Below, one piece after another: positions 26,801 through 41,800 of a stretch of 64,000 nucleotides of DNA. The notes under the pieces were generated by a model that made no database searches, had not been told where the DNA came from, and was given only the letters and a program-made list of their open reading frames with translations. Source of the DNA: Harriotta raleighana (Eukaryota); the NCBI GenBank assembly GCA_050575255.1, contig JBNZDD010013607.1, forward strand, positions 2,077,571 to 2,141,570, in the 5' to 3' direction. The position numbers and the translations under genes are program-made. Position 1 is the stretch's first letter. Each line of letters opens with the position of its first letter.

Positions 26801-29800
26801 ATAAAATTTTGATTTTGATTGATACTTGACAATGAATTGCCTTTTCGAAGAGCACTAGCTCATGTCCTCCTTGAGAGGAAGAGAGACTAGAGAAAGAGAA
26901 GGAAGGAAAGAGAACGGACAGAAACTGAGAAATGAAACCAGAGGAATAGTTGTGAAATTACCCTGTGTGAACAGAATTGTATTTTGCTCCAATAAAATTC
27001 AGAACATTTTAATTTTATGTTTTCAAAGGCAAGTGTAATTCATATACCTTCCATCTCGGATGTTGGAAGATAAAAGAAGATAAATTAGGCACTGGAGTTT
27101 TGCCAAATCATAACCTCCAATGGGGAAAATGGAAGTATGTAAACAGCAGGCCAAGCAGTATATTTCTTATCAAGCCCATTGATAAGATGATAGGATCTTT
27201 GTGAATGTTAAAGAGTTCAGACATGACAGACATAAGCATACAGTAAAATATAGTCAAAAACGTATCTAAGATTTTGGGTTATTTCCAGGGGAAGGAAGAA
27301 GCAAGACATGAAACACCCAAACGAGGGAAAAACTGAAGGATATTGTTGCATAAGCTGAAACATATGGCCATTGTCCTCAAGAGTAGCTACTTTTAAAAAA
27401 TCCCCACCCTGTTTATTCAGCCTTTTTCCTTTTTGGTCTGTCCAGCCTTGGGGCACCAGCTAATCCCACTCATCCTAAAATGTAATTGATAATAACAGCT
27501 CCGCTTGGCAAGAAGGTGCACAAGTCAAATCTTCCACTAACCAATGAAAGGAAACTTCCACCAAAGAATGCAGCAAATTCCCACGTTAAGGGTTCGTATA
27601 AGGGCAAATTACCTCCTCCACAAGAGACTGAGCATTCAGAGCGTATAATGGCCCATGTGTAATTATGTTTCAGAGATGGTTTGTTCTCCAGCTCCGATTT
27701 TGGCAAAGCATATTCCCATCCGATCCCTGGATTTTTGCCCTGAAGTAGAATCTGGGTAGACAAAAGACAAAGTGGGAGAAGTATTGATCACTTCATCTTT
27801 TCTCATATGTTAAAATAATCACACCGCGCCTTAGACAAACAAATGACCGTATAAAAAATTGTCGCCAACAAATGAATTAACTATTTCCATTCAAAATGTC
27901 TACAGTTTGCCTCAGAGCAGCAGTGTTTTACAGTGGTATTAAAATGCCTTTGAATTGCAGAAGCCACAGTGAATAGACAAAGGCAACAACATTTTGTAAA
28001 AACACTCCAGTTAATTTTATTTCACTGAAATAGACTTGCATTTCTTAAGGTAGCAAGTCATTTTATAGACAGTACCCAACATTAACTGACCAAAAATAGC
28101 ATTGTTAGTGCAAACTGCTCCTTAAAAGTGGTACAAAATTTGTATACTATATTTCATTATAAAAATGTGAAGGGCCTTGAGATGCACTCCTGATGCAAAA
28201 AGCACTATATTGATGCAAACTATATTGTAATCANAAACTGCTCCTTAAAAGTGGTACAAAATTTGTATACTATATTTCATTATACAAATGTGAAGGGCCT
28301 TGAGATGCACCCCTGATGCAAAAAGCACTATATTGATGCAAACTATATTGTAATCACTGTTTTAGTTTGTTTCACACCAAAATCAGAATACATTTATTAC
28401 AAGGAAAATTTGGACTAAGAAAAATTTTGGTCCATTTGATTTCATCTTTCATCACAGACAACAAGCCTTGGTGTCGTCTCACATTAAGCAATTTTTAAAA
28501 CTGAGTCCAATGTCTTGTTAACCAGCATTCAGTTATTGTTTATTTTCTGTGCAACTAAATATTTCCTGGTACCTGTTCAACATTTGCCTTTAACAAACAC
28601 TGATAGAAAGTCTCGTCCTTTTATCTCGCTGCCTTGCTATATCTGAATGTATAATAGAACTCCATTAATGTGAAGTCACTTAAACAGCAGATCCCTGTGG
28701 ACCCAAGTCCGGAGTCTGCTCTAGGCACGCGAAGGCAGTGACGATGCACAACCAACTGAACTTGCTTGAGCGGGTGGATTAAGTTGTGTATTGTGAGTAG
28801 GATGGCTATTTGTGTGCACATGCAGGTGACCAGAACTTGGCCATTTTTAGTGAGGGAAGTTAGCTCGCTATCAGCCCACGTCACTGCTCATGTGTTTGTT
28901 GACTACATGATGCAGATGCGCTGACTGGTGATCAATACCTGTGATAACTCCTGAATGGAAATTCCACCACATTATACTGGAGCTCCACTGTATTGTTTTA
29001 CTCTCTTCTATCCATGAAGAATCTTATAAACTTCTATAATTTCACAAAATATAGTGAAGTCACTTTACATTGTATTCTGTGAAGTGCTTTGAGATGTCTC
29101 GGAAACGTGATAAGGTGCTATATCGAATGCAAGTAATCTTATTATTATTCTTAAGTGAGTGGATGGAGGACTGGTCAAGCTGCACTCTCACCATTTAATT
29201 GACCAAAACCCATTCAGTTTTACTCTGTGCCAGACTGCAGCATAGAGCCCAGAGGATTATGATAAAGGCTGGAATTACTTTCTTGAAGTGCTCTTTCCTT
29301 TTCTAATTTGGAGCAGTGTGGATCAATGTTTGCATTCTTGAAAGCAAGGTAAATACTTCCATCAAGGAGGCCTGGACACTGAATTTTTCTACAAATGTAA
29401 ACAGATTTTAATTAAATTTGAAGACATTTCAACCCTCTCAGCCTGGGTGATATGAGAAACCAGAGGAGGTTAGTTCAGTTTCAGATTAAATCACTAAGAA
29501 TAATGTAGGTTTCTTAAAGCGCATGACTGGCATTCAAGTTCAGATTTTACATTTTGGACAATAAAAAAAACTGCCTAGAATGGAAAGGTGAAATACCAAC
29601 AGAGTTAGATCTGAAGAAGAGTCAAACCTGAAACATTAACTTAACTTCATTCTTTCAGATACCAATCAATTGGGTTGCTATGGATGTCTAGCATTTTTGA
29701 AAAGACTGATAAGACAGGATTTTAAAAACAGAACTCTGATTCCTGAGTTTGTATCAGAATATCTGTCTGTCTTCCTGTCAGACCATGCTCAATCTAGCTG

Positions 29801-32800
29801 TCAAGTACAACTACATCCTCCGTGAATTCCCGAGGAATCAGTGACATTCTACTGTTTACAAAAGATGTTCATTCTTTACGTTACAGTATTGCAGGACATT
29901 CAGTTTTGCATCAATCCAATTGATACTATATTCCCCCTTGATGTGCCATTCACTATCTCTGAACAGATAGTCTTTAGCATGATATTTTGGGAATTTTTAA
30001 CCTTGAACAATTCATTGAAGTAAAGTGGGTTCCTTTGATTCCCTGAACGATGATGAACACCCACCAAGATTTGGAGTTCCATTAGATTCCCCTACGCAAT
30101 TTATCTCAAATTTTATGAAAACGGAGGTTGTCAAGCAAACCGAAATAACCAAACAAGATGACATAATAGAACAGCTTTATCCCTTGGCTGCGTTGAATCT
30201 TTCTTCTGACAGGAGTGTTACTAATCACATTACGGGTTAGTAACAGCACTGTATGATGATAGTTCTTGGCAATCTCCCATTACAGTACTTTCCATATTCC
30301 ATGTTCCTTGCTCTCAGGAGGATCCTACAGTCCAGCATGTTTTTGATTAAGTACAGTATTATCTTGATTATCATCTTTCAGTTCTGTATGCAGTTTCGTT
30401 GTTCCAAACACTATAATCTCAGGTCAACATTATACCCTTTTTTTTCCTACAGAAACATCAATTATTCAATTTTCAAACCCACTGTACTAATGACAATGTA
30501 GAGCTTTGAAATTGGCAAATCCAGATTTCCTTAATTAAGTTATAAGCTGAAGTCATGCAGTATAGTTTGTATGATCATCACATAAGACTTGATTCCACTT
30601 ACTCTAATGAGTTTATAACATTGCACTACTTTTACTGTCTGTTCTCATTTCTGAGCATCTCATGTGAAAATTGTTCGACTGGAACTGGGGTAATATCTCG
30701 GATTAATGGCTAAATCGTTTCTGGCTCATTACTCTTGTGGTTTGGAACAAATGTAAGCATTCGCTGAAATAGATATCAAGATTACTTCCAGGGTTTCCAA
30801 GCCACAGAACAAATGGTACAGTAAAAAGCAGCCCCATGTAATACAGAGAGTCCAACCACTGCAATCTGGAATTGGAATCCATCAGTCTAGGCAAAGTCAT
30901 CTACTCATAAAGGCAATGCAATAGTAGAAATAAGGACAAATAATTGGCCAAATAAGCATTGTGCCTTGTTTTAAAGTGAATGAATACTCCTCGATATCAT
31001 GCCTTTAGGTCTGAAGACAAGGGAGTATTCACAGTGGAAATATATGAATGGAAGCTCCCGCTCCCCCCTCCCCAATTAGTTTCTGATGACTTTCAACAGA
31101 GAAAATAGGAAAGAAAAACAGTAGTAAATATGTTTCTAATGTGACTCTATATTCATCTGATAGAAGGTATTTGCCAGAGACAATGGGGTATAGAGCGTGA
31201 TATTCACAAACTGGATTTGTTGTAGTTAAATGCAACGTCTGGTTTGCAATCACTGCAAGTATTTTGGTAGCAGTTTGATTTCAGGCAATGTTTCGTGGCT
31301 CGGAGACCAAACATTGATCTTTGCACCCTTTGGGATTCTAGAGTTGGCAATTTTCTTTTACAATTCTCAAAATCAGGAATTTGCAAAGCTGACGTTGCAA
31401 TGATGTAGTTTGCACACACTACTGGCCCTCCCATATTACTGAAATATTAATGCCTCCACTCCACAAAGTATCTGAGGTAGCAGTCCAACCATGATTGACA
31501 TGACTGACATAAAATACTCCCTACATGCAGTTCCAGATTTGAAAGCTGCTCAGTGCTGTGAAGACAACAGGACTAAGATTCAGCTGTACACCAACTGGAC
31601 TATTACCTCGATTACTAAGGTTTCATTGGTGGGTCCTGCTGCAGAAAGGCTTTCCCGTCGATTGTATGGTCTCTTGTAGTCAAACACTGTACCAGCAAAC
31701 CTATGCCGACCAGGCCAGTCTAAAGTCCAATGGCCATTGAGGTAGTACTTTTGTTGTTGGTTTTTTATAGCAATATAAGCGGTGGAGATGTTTAGCTCGT
31801 ACACACGAATGGTCCGTGCCCCAGCAGGAATTGTAACTACTGTGTAGTATTCTGAAAGAAATGAAATGAATTTAGTTGCATCTGTAACTTTTAAAGGTCT
31901 ATATTACTACAGCAAATACGTGTTTTAAATATCTATGTTAACAAACAAAAGACACGGCCTGTGTTCAGATTTATGTGGGTATTCTGAGGAAACATATTAA
32001 TGATCTTCCATGTGAAATATTCACTCTATGTTCAGCATTGTAGAGTACAGCAGATGCAAAGGGTTCAAATATCAATGGACATATGTTAAAAATTAGGGCA
32101 TTAGGTCTAGAAAGGAAACCATGTGGAATATTTTTATAAAGACTTGATCATTCAGAACTCTGCGGCTTGTGTCGTCTCCCTCATCAAGCTCTGTGACTCT
32201 ATCACCCCAATCCTCACCCGGCTCCATTGGGTCCCAGTTTTTCCTATTCATAAAGATTCTTGTCAGCGAAATCTAAATCAAAAGGCACCAGCCATAAACT
32301 GTAAGACCACATGCAGAACAATAATAGTGTGCAGATGAGAACATACGGTTGACATAATGCTGCTTGCTATATTGGCCCTTGTAGATTTTACAGGTCGAGT
32401 TGTTGCCTTTGCAGACCCCACATGCATCTGGCACAGCATTGGAGGCCAACACACGATCACATCCAACAGCCTGTGAGTGAGGAGAGAAACAAAAAGCAGG
32501 TTAAAAACACACATCTGCAGGGAGTCCTGGTAGTACAATGGACAGTCTCACAGAACCTGATGTCCGCATAGTTTTGATCAAAATACCTATAGAATTGGAA
32601 TCACTAAAGTCATTGCTTTGAACAGTGTAATGTCTCTATTCCTGNCAATGGACAGTCTCACAGAACCTGATGTCCGCATAGTTTTGATCAAAATAACTAT
32701 AGAATTGGAATCACTAAAGTCATTGCTTTGAACAATGTAATGTCTCTCTTCCTCCCAGGGTTTCCATCATAGCAATTAATCTTCAACCACTTGGTTTGAA

Positions 32801-35800
32801 GATCGAATCACCAATGTAGCTGTCTCAGATCATTACTTTTAACTCAGTAGTGTTGCTTTGGGGCTTCTCAAAGGTTCTATCACGTGGAGGTGGGTTGAAA
32901 ATGGAGAGAAATAAAATCTTCACAACATTTAAGTGAAAGCATCCGGTGACAAATTCATCAGGAACCAATGGCTTAAAAAAATTCTCTCTTTTGGTTTCTG
33001 GTAGCACAGAAAAGCTTGCAGAAATCAGATTGTCACCACACTCAAGTCATAGAATTCAAGTCATAGTTCAGCACATCAAAAGTGATGGCTCATCAGCATT
33101 TAAAAGAAAACAATTAGAAATAGTTTGCAATTACCTCTCCCTTCCCCTCCTCTCCAGTGACTGTCAAACTCCTGCAGACTATACCTAACAACATTTATTT
33201 AATGCGAAATAAACAATGCAATTTTAATTGATAATGCGTTCTTCCATAACATTGCCCCACTAAAGCTTCCAGTTATTTAAGCACTACAGGTACCCCTATT
33301 TTAACTGCTTGGAGTATCAACGTCCAGCCCAATACATTGATACTTGCTTTTGTTGAATCAGAAATTGCATGGCACTTACACAGGAAAGTTAAGATCAAGT
33401 TTGCTGCAGGTTGAACAGAGTGTAAAGAATCCAGTATTTATTTTGAAACTGTAGTGCATAATCTACATCTTTCATAACCTGAACGCAAAATACTGCAGAG
33501 ACTGGAAATCTGAAACATGAATAGAAATCGCTGGGAACACTCAGCAGGTCAGGCAGCATCTATGGAGAAAGGAAAGTGAGTCAGAGTTTCGGGTCCAAGA
33601 CCCTTCGTTAGAAGCTGTTCTGAAATTCTTTTCATAACCTGCACAGATTGTTCATGATCCATTCACAAACCTGACTGATGGGGGAGTGAAGTGGACCTCA
33701 TAGTAACATATATTTCACACGATCTGCAAGGGTGTATATAGCAGAGATTTTTACCTCACACAAGCCATCGATGCACACGTCAGGTCTCTCCTCGGAACAG
33801 GATGTCCCATCTTTGACTTTGCTTGAGAGAGCAAAGAAGAAGTCAAAATCTTCTGCTGTACAGTAGAGTTTGCAAAGATCATGATCTAAAATGGGCAAAG
33901 TGGAAGACATCTGAGGTTAGTGGCATCATGAAGTTACCTTGCATGTTGAAACATGTCAAAGAACTTCCCTGTAACTACAACAACAACAAAATTACATTTA
34001 TGGAGTGCCTTTCACGTCGGGAGGATGTCCCAAGGCGCTGAACAATCAGGTCAGGACCTGAGCAGGGGTGGGAGGGTCGGGGTAGCGGGAAGGGGAAGGA
34101 GAGTAGGAGATGGAAAAGAGTTAGGAGGGGAGCCAAAGTCACGGTCGAAAAGGAAAGTCTTGAGACCGGCCTTGAAGGAGGAAAGCGAGGAAGTGAGGTG
34201 AAGGGATTGCGGGTTGGAGTTCCAGAGTGTGAGGGCAGAGAGGCTGAAAGCCTGGCCCCTGATGGTTGGGCGGTGGATGCGGAGCAGGCTAGAGTCCGCT
34301 GAGCTGAGGGGGCGGGCAGGCTGGTAGGGAGACAGCAGGTCGGAGAGACAGGCTGGGGCAAGGCCATGAATGGCCTTGAGGATGAAGATGAAAGTGAGGA
34401 TGAGGATCCTGAATTCGATCCTCTGGGGGATGGGGAGCTAGTGGATATGGGTGAGGGTGGGAGTGATGTGGTTGTGGAGCTTAGTGCGGGAGAGTACACG
34501 AGCTGTAGAGTTCTGAATGATCTGCAGCCTATGAAGGGAGGAGCTGGGAAGGCCGACGAGGAGATGTGCAAGTGCACTATTGCACTATTAGCAGGTGCAA
34601 GCACTATTTTATAGTACACACTCTGACTGGAGTGGGAGCCGGGGAAGTGCAGAGAGAAACTGAGGAGGAGAACAAAAAGATGGCTGATCTCAATTAGGAT
34701 GTTCTATTAAAGGGTTTTAAGAAAAGCCGTATTTCCCTGCACATTGTTATTCAGAGAGTCCTGTTGGAAGTTATGCCTGTGAGCGCAAAGTGGTTAGCAC
34801 AGGATCAGCCTATGCAGTCACAATTCCTGCAGTCAAATAGCTTGTCAAGCCTCACACAACAACAACAACAAAATTACATTTATAGAGCGCGTTTCACGTC
34901 AGGAGGACGTCCACATTCAAAACAGCCACAGATGTTTTTGGAGGGAACATGTGGACTGTGGAACTGTGTGCAAGGACAAGGAAAAATGCATCAAATGCCT
35001 TCAGTTTAGATGTGCAAATTGACAAAACAAACTTTAAATATAGCTTTACCCTCAACACGAGTGTAGGGCTTCCATTTGTAGTACCATCCCCGGAATGGCT
35101 TGCTGTTGTACTCTGCACATTGCTGGGATCTGAAATCAATGCTATTTTGGGGACAATTCTGATTATTACACAGCTTGTACATGCGGGGTGAACCATCACA
35201 GAACTTTCCTCCATACTGAGGCCTGTTTGAAGAAAAAAAACACATAAGAAGCAGTGAGTTCTTTATCACAGATTGTGAATTCTGCATTATCAGAAATAAC
35301 GTTATGGAAGAAGTGAAAAGGTCTAAATAGGTCCCACAGGGTTTCTTTTTCTTCCCAAAACAATGTCTATAAGCTAATCAGCGTCTTCTGACATGAAAGG
35401 CACGATACAAATGTCCTTTGTTCCAGAAGATTCTCCCTGTAAACTTGGTCATTCACTTTATAGCGAATTGTGGGACTTTGCTGTGCGCAATCACTTTACA
35501 GTATATATTATAAAGTGCTTTAAGATATTCTTCTGACCTCAAAGGCACTAAACCAAATGTGAAGATTAATATTCTTTGATGTGATTCCTGGAAATGGCTG
35601 GTAAATATTACAAATATCATTCAAATCTACAATTGACTCCCATCCGTACCTAACTGTTCTGATCAAACCTAACTCTCACATTTCTTCATTCCTGAACCAC
35701 AAAATCTTTTAGAATTATTTAACTGAATTGTATAATACAATTGATACCATGAATTACATAGTGTTGTTGTTCAACACTGAAAAGTGATCCTCTTTCCTCA

Positions 35801-38800
35801 GACGCACTGTTGGGGGGTCAGTGGAGTGTTACATATATGTGGAAACCCATCATCATGCCTAAGAGTATCCTAACTAGACTGAGAGTTGCACATAATTGTG
35901 GAGTCCTGTAGCTCAGTGGTTAGAGCACTTGCCTTGCAAGCGAGAGACTTGGGTTTAATTCAAGGCAGGGCAAAACCTTGGGCAAGTTTCCTTACTCCAC
36001 AAGCACGATAATAATCCATCAAAAAATCAATAATAAACTGGTCATTTCAATCCACGACTGTTTGTGGAACACTGCTGTGTGCAATTGGCTGCCGCGTTTA
36101 TTTTTTTATATATTTATTTATTTTACTTTTTGCCCACAAATACACAGTCAATTCACTTTACAGTACATTCTGTGAAACACTTTGAGATGCCTATATCAAA
36201 TGCAAGGATTATTATTATTAGTTGCCATCTACACTTGCAAATTCCCTTAGAAATGGACACCAGCAATGTAGAAATAAATAATGACTCAAGTGCATTCAAT
36301 GGGTTAATACATTAGAGGCAACTGTTCAATGAAAATGAAGAGAATTCCCTGAATGATGAGCTGGTGATGAAAGTACAATACAATTTACACTCAGACGTAT
36401 TCCTTTTACGTATTGAGGATGTCTCAAAGTACTTTACTAAGCTGAGTGAGTATCAAAGCCTACGGTGGGTGGAGGGGGTGGAGATTGCCAAAGGGATAAA
36501 TCTTGAGGGATTTGAAAGTAGGGATGGAGTTGAGTCTGAGGGAATTGGGGATGGCGTTCCATAACAAGTAAAATAATTGTAGATTTTATGCTGAGCACAC
36601 AAAGTGTTGTTACATAAAATAAAACAAATTCTAAACACCCCCCAAAAATGTAAACAAATAAAGGCCAGGACATTTAAAACTAGTGACATGTTCCTTTTTA
36701 AAGCATGGTGATACTTTAAGAAAGTGGTAAAGTGTGTAGAACCAACTGTAAACAATAAATCCCATTTACACTCGCATTATATTGTTGAAAGGTAAATGAA
36801 ATACTTGGAATCACACAGCTCTTTTGTTGTTGTTTTTTAAAATCAGTTTCTTTGCCCAAAGTAAATTTTAATTAAAAGTTTATTTTTGGGGGTGGTGGGG
36901 ATGGGGAAACTCAATTAGAATTCCTAGCGGTTAAGAGGATCTGTATATTTTATTTTCCAATTAAAATATTTCTGCACAGAAATGCTGTTGAACATGCCTC
37001 AATCTGGTATGACCCACAGAACTGTGCTGCTGTCTGAAACACACAGGACCACTGTCATCTGTGATTCATGGTGATGGAAGCCAATTACACAGGTGTAGAC
37101 AGGTGCATTCCCTCAAGGTGCTTACACAACCTGTGAAAAACAATTATACACTGGAGTGGGAACCACTCTCAGGGTGTACCTCCTACTGTGTGTATTTGAC
37201 TTTCATCTCGTCTTCTTTACCTTGAAATTCTTGACCTACTTCAATCAATCACATTCCCATTTGACTGGACAAAGTATTTGCTTTGTGGAGACATCACCTG
37301 ATTATGATTGATAGGATCTGCCCCCTCCGGTTATTTCAAGTGATTTACACAGTAGAAATTAAATTGTGCCTAAAAGAACCTTTCTTCTTATCATTTGGTA
37401 ATTAAAGGCATGCTTCTTACGATCTACACCCCTCTCCCACAGAAACAAATCAGCTTTATTCATGCTTGCTCTGAGATGTTTAGCCTAGACTGGTTGGTAA
37501 TGCACTGACCTCCAGGTTGTGGTTTCAAGTCCTACAAGGGAGACCTTGAACTCACAAACCAGGGGGAAAACATTCAGGGTTTTGAGAACCAATCTTTAGA
37601 AAATAGCTTATCGTAAACATTGTCATGCTGAATTAAAAACACAATTTTATTTTCCTATCTCCATTTTGTTGGGGCCATAAAAATAACAGCTGATTTCAGT
37701 ATCCTGCAGTGACATTGTATACTGTGTCAATATCATTTGCTCTGGAAACCATTCCTCCAAGGAATCATGCTCATTAAATCATTATTTATACTCACAATTA
37801 AAGAAAAAAGTCTGGTCTGGGCCATTAACTTGGATGCTACTAGAACACATTATCTTGTTTATCATCTCTTTCAAGTGTTCTGAAATGCTACCAAAGTGAA
37901 GAGTACTATCTAAGTATAAATTATTGTTCCGCTATGTCAGGTGCAAAAGCTGTATTACTTCCCATTAATACAGGTCGTGTGTCCGTATGATTTTTTTAAA
38001 AACACTGAAATCCATTTTGTGGATAGATTTACTCCTGGTAATGGGGCTACACTAATGCTGATCGCTGGGCTCCCTCAGTACTGCACTGGACCTCATGTCT
38101 GAGCTCAAATCCTGAAATAAAGCCCGAACCTGCAACTTTCCGATCAACTGCCAAGAATTCTACCAATCGAGGAAAACTGAAAGAGCTGAAGACTTTCATC
38201 CCATCAGTGGAGACTGGATTCATACTTGGGTCCCACAGTTGAATCAAACATTGGGTACCTGCCTCATGTCAATTAATTTCTATATTTGGAAAGTCAAAGG
38301 GAAGTGTAAATAGGAACATAATAATTCTAAGACCATCACTCTTTATACTAATAACTTTCCAAATTCTACCTCCTGTCATACCACAATCTTAGTTGTTCCT
38401 TTGCTGATGCTCACACAATCATGTTTGCACACTTCAGAACTCTTCACAATTTCCTGGCGGCAAGCACATTTTGCCTGGATGCACCTGGATGATTTGCAGT
38501 TACAGTGAATAACAAAGCCTGTCAATCATGTAGAATATTTTAATGGCTCTGCATACACCAAAGAAAGAGACAGAGAGAGACAGCGAAGCCCAACCACTCT
38601 CATCCATCTGACTCAAACAAGTTGGGTGTTGTCTGACTAAGACCCATACCACTGACTCGAAACACATTGGAGGGATGTCTCTCCAAAATATTTTCTCTAG
38701 GGCTTCAACCTGGTAAATCATGTACAAACCTGTCAAAATTCTGCACTTAACTTTCTCCCCATGTAATGGGGAGAAAGTGAATAATTCCTAGGCTATAGGG

Positions 38801-41800
38801 GTGGTCTTAGTCATTCCTTATGTTCAAGCTCCACATAACCACAGGAATTCTCAATTCTCTGCAATGGGTATTGGAAGAGAGAATCAACTAATGGATTAGT
38901 TGGAAGAGAGAATCAACCACTAACAAATTTGCTTCACTGCATTTTAATTTTGATCAGATAATCTCTCTCCTCATCTCCACCTTCTGGAGTTCCTTCTCCA
39001 AATCTTGTTCTCATACCCTTTGACCACTTGACACATCTTCTTGACATGACAGGCATTAGAAAATGTAAATTGTTGTTGTTGTACACCAGATTAATTGGAA
39101 TAGAATGCATGAGACACTGTACGAGGAGAACATGACCAATGTCTAAGAACTAAAGCTCATCCTCGTGTATCTGACAGGTTATTTCAACCAACAACAAAAA
39201 TATAATCCTCTTCTAGAATATTAACAACCAGTTTCCTACTGTATGTGTAAAAATATGGACATCCAAAAAAACATAGAAGGTGCATTACTATGGGCGAAAG
39301 AAAGCAATTCCTTGTGTCTGAGCTACATGCACTCTAACTATCCTGTGAAAGTCACCTCTCTACATGTTAAGAAAATCACTTCAAGTGAAGGAGATAGGTT
39401 TCCAGCGCATTAGGACATCCTCTCGACCTATGGGGCGCTCTGTAAATGTAATTTTGTTGTTGTTGTCACTTGCAGGCTTCCTTTGCCCAGCCAACCAACT
39501 GAATGAAGTCTCACTTCATTAAATGTCATTTGGGGGATTCAATCAGCATTTGCCTGGAAGCTTCAGTCTGGCATTACCGTGTTAGATACGCTGGGGAAAC
39601 TGTGACAACTGGAGGAGACATTATAGTGGATATCTCTGCTATGTGTTGTGAGAGAGACTCAAAAGCAGAAACCAAAGTACTGAAAGAGTCCTTCAGAAAT
39701 CCATGGAAAGCATATCTTGGTTGACTGCCATGCTCTTGTGGGTTCACAAGAGTTGTTGGCATTCTGGAGCCCCAGCCTCAGTTAATGCACAAAACAGAAA
39801 CTAAGGCATGGTAGTGTTTTCAGTCTCTGGCATACTGATTTCCTTGCAATTTATTTGTTAAAATCTCCTTCAGTAATATCACCATATGCAATATATTTAA
39901 AATTAGGCAGCGAGCTGAGACTCAGAAACCTGTCAAATAATTGGTTAAAATTTTTCTTAACAGCATGAACTCAAAGTTTAACTCAAAATTCCACATGCAG
40001 TATGTATTGCTGACAAGATCAGATACTGGCATGAGAGTTGGAGCCTGTAACCCAATCGCAAGGTTCAGTTGAAGTTTCTCAACCGCTTACATTTCATTCT
40101 TATGGTTAATGACATCTAAATCCCTCAATTATGCTAGAGCTTTGTTATTCAAACTAAGCAATCTATTTACACTCCATTGAAATAAAAATCATTCAATTTT
40201 CTAAAATGGTTGAAGAGGCAACTCTAATTGAAACAAGGACATCTGTACGCCTAGAAATTTCTTAAGACTCCCCGGTTATTTTGCACACGGGGTGATTTTT
40301 AAAATCTGCATTCAAGTGCAAAGGTAAAAATAACCTCATCAGTAAGCTTAGTAATTAGGATAGCGATTTCCTTAAAGCTGTAAATCTCTCATTGTTTAGG
40401 TTTCTCTGACATTATAAATATATTTAACACTGAATTGAGAGTTGTCCTGCATCCCAGAAACTGTGATAATTCATCTCCCAATCCAGCAACCCTGTTCATG
40501 CCTTCATATTTGAAAAGGAAATGGGATAACATAAAGGCAACTTTCACAGATGATAAGAGCGTTTATCATGTTGCAAGACATCTCAAAGCGCTTTTTAGGA
40601 TTTTTGTTGTGAAGTGCAATGACTGTTTTATTTGTCGGCAAGCATGGCAGCCAATTGTGTACAAATTGCCATGAAATGGATTATCATTTCAATTCTATTT
40701 GGGGAATTGTTGGCTAGGACACTGAGAAAAACTCCCTTCTCTTTTCAAACAGTACCATGGGATGTTTAGCATCCAATTGAACAGGAAGAGACAAAAACTT
40801 GGTTTAATATTTCATCTGAAAGAGAATCCAGCTCTCTTCCAACACTGCAATGGAGTGTCAGCCTAGATTGAGTTTCAAGTTGGAATGAGGAGCTAGAGTC
40901 CACAACCTTCCGACTTAAAACAGGGTGGGCTACCGATCGAGCCAATCTGACAATAAGGTATGTGGGAAAATCAAGCGCTTGGGATATGAGTAGATAGCTC
41001 CAAAAGATGAGCTAGCACAGTTCAGACACTGAAAGGGTCAAATGATGCTCTGGGCAATGACTTCGTCTTTGCTCTAATTTCTATTTTTTTTTACGAATTC
41101 AATGTTCTAATTCAATATTTTACCTTGGATTAGTGCACTGACGCTCTCTGCTTGTTACTCCTCCTCCACAGCTCCTGGAGCAAGGCAACCACATGGACCA
41201 TTCTGACCAGCGACCATTGATGGGTTTTGGTCCTTCTTCTCCATACTTAACACACTGTCCTCGACGGCACCACTAGATCAAAACAGTAAGTATAATTAAG
41301 TGCTGGCTGATTAATCATCGCATATTTATGCAGATTAAATGGTGCATCAGACAAAGAGGTTTAAAATGCCCAAGTCCCAACATAATTCACCAGCATTAAA
41401 TCTCGGAGTTAACTGCATGTGCGTCATGCTGACCCGTGAGAATTGTGATCTGATTTGATTTTGGGCCATGTCGGATCAGTTATCCAGAGTCTGTGTAATG
41501 CATATCCAGCTACCAACAGAGCTCAATGTTTATAAATCCTTCTGTCACTACAATAATATTATAATCACAGACCGAGCGTTGATATTTATTTGGACCGACT
41601 GCTGCTAATCATCATAAATAAATTAGTTTCCAATATTCCTCGTGTTTGATATAGCACCTCATCACATCAACAAGTCGTCTCAAAGCATTTTCCAGGATAT
41701 ATTGTGAAATGATGTGGCTGTGTGTATAATTTATGGGCAAACTTGTAAGCAACTTCCAATATGAGGGCATTATCAAACGGTTTATTTAATATATGAATCT

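Noticed and set aside
33953-34619. 214-aa Ser/Pro-rich ORF and overlapping ORFs (similar ones at 43-508, 10423-11538, 14909-15667, 45374-46027)
   Set aside because: Off-frame or antisense readings of dead L2 fragments.
35898-35970. tRNA-like sequences (tagctcagtggttagagc...ggttcaattcc), here and at other SINE heads
   Set aside because: They are SINE heads continuing into SINE bodies, with no complete cloverleaf or acceptor stem.
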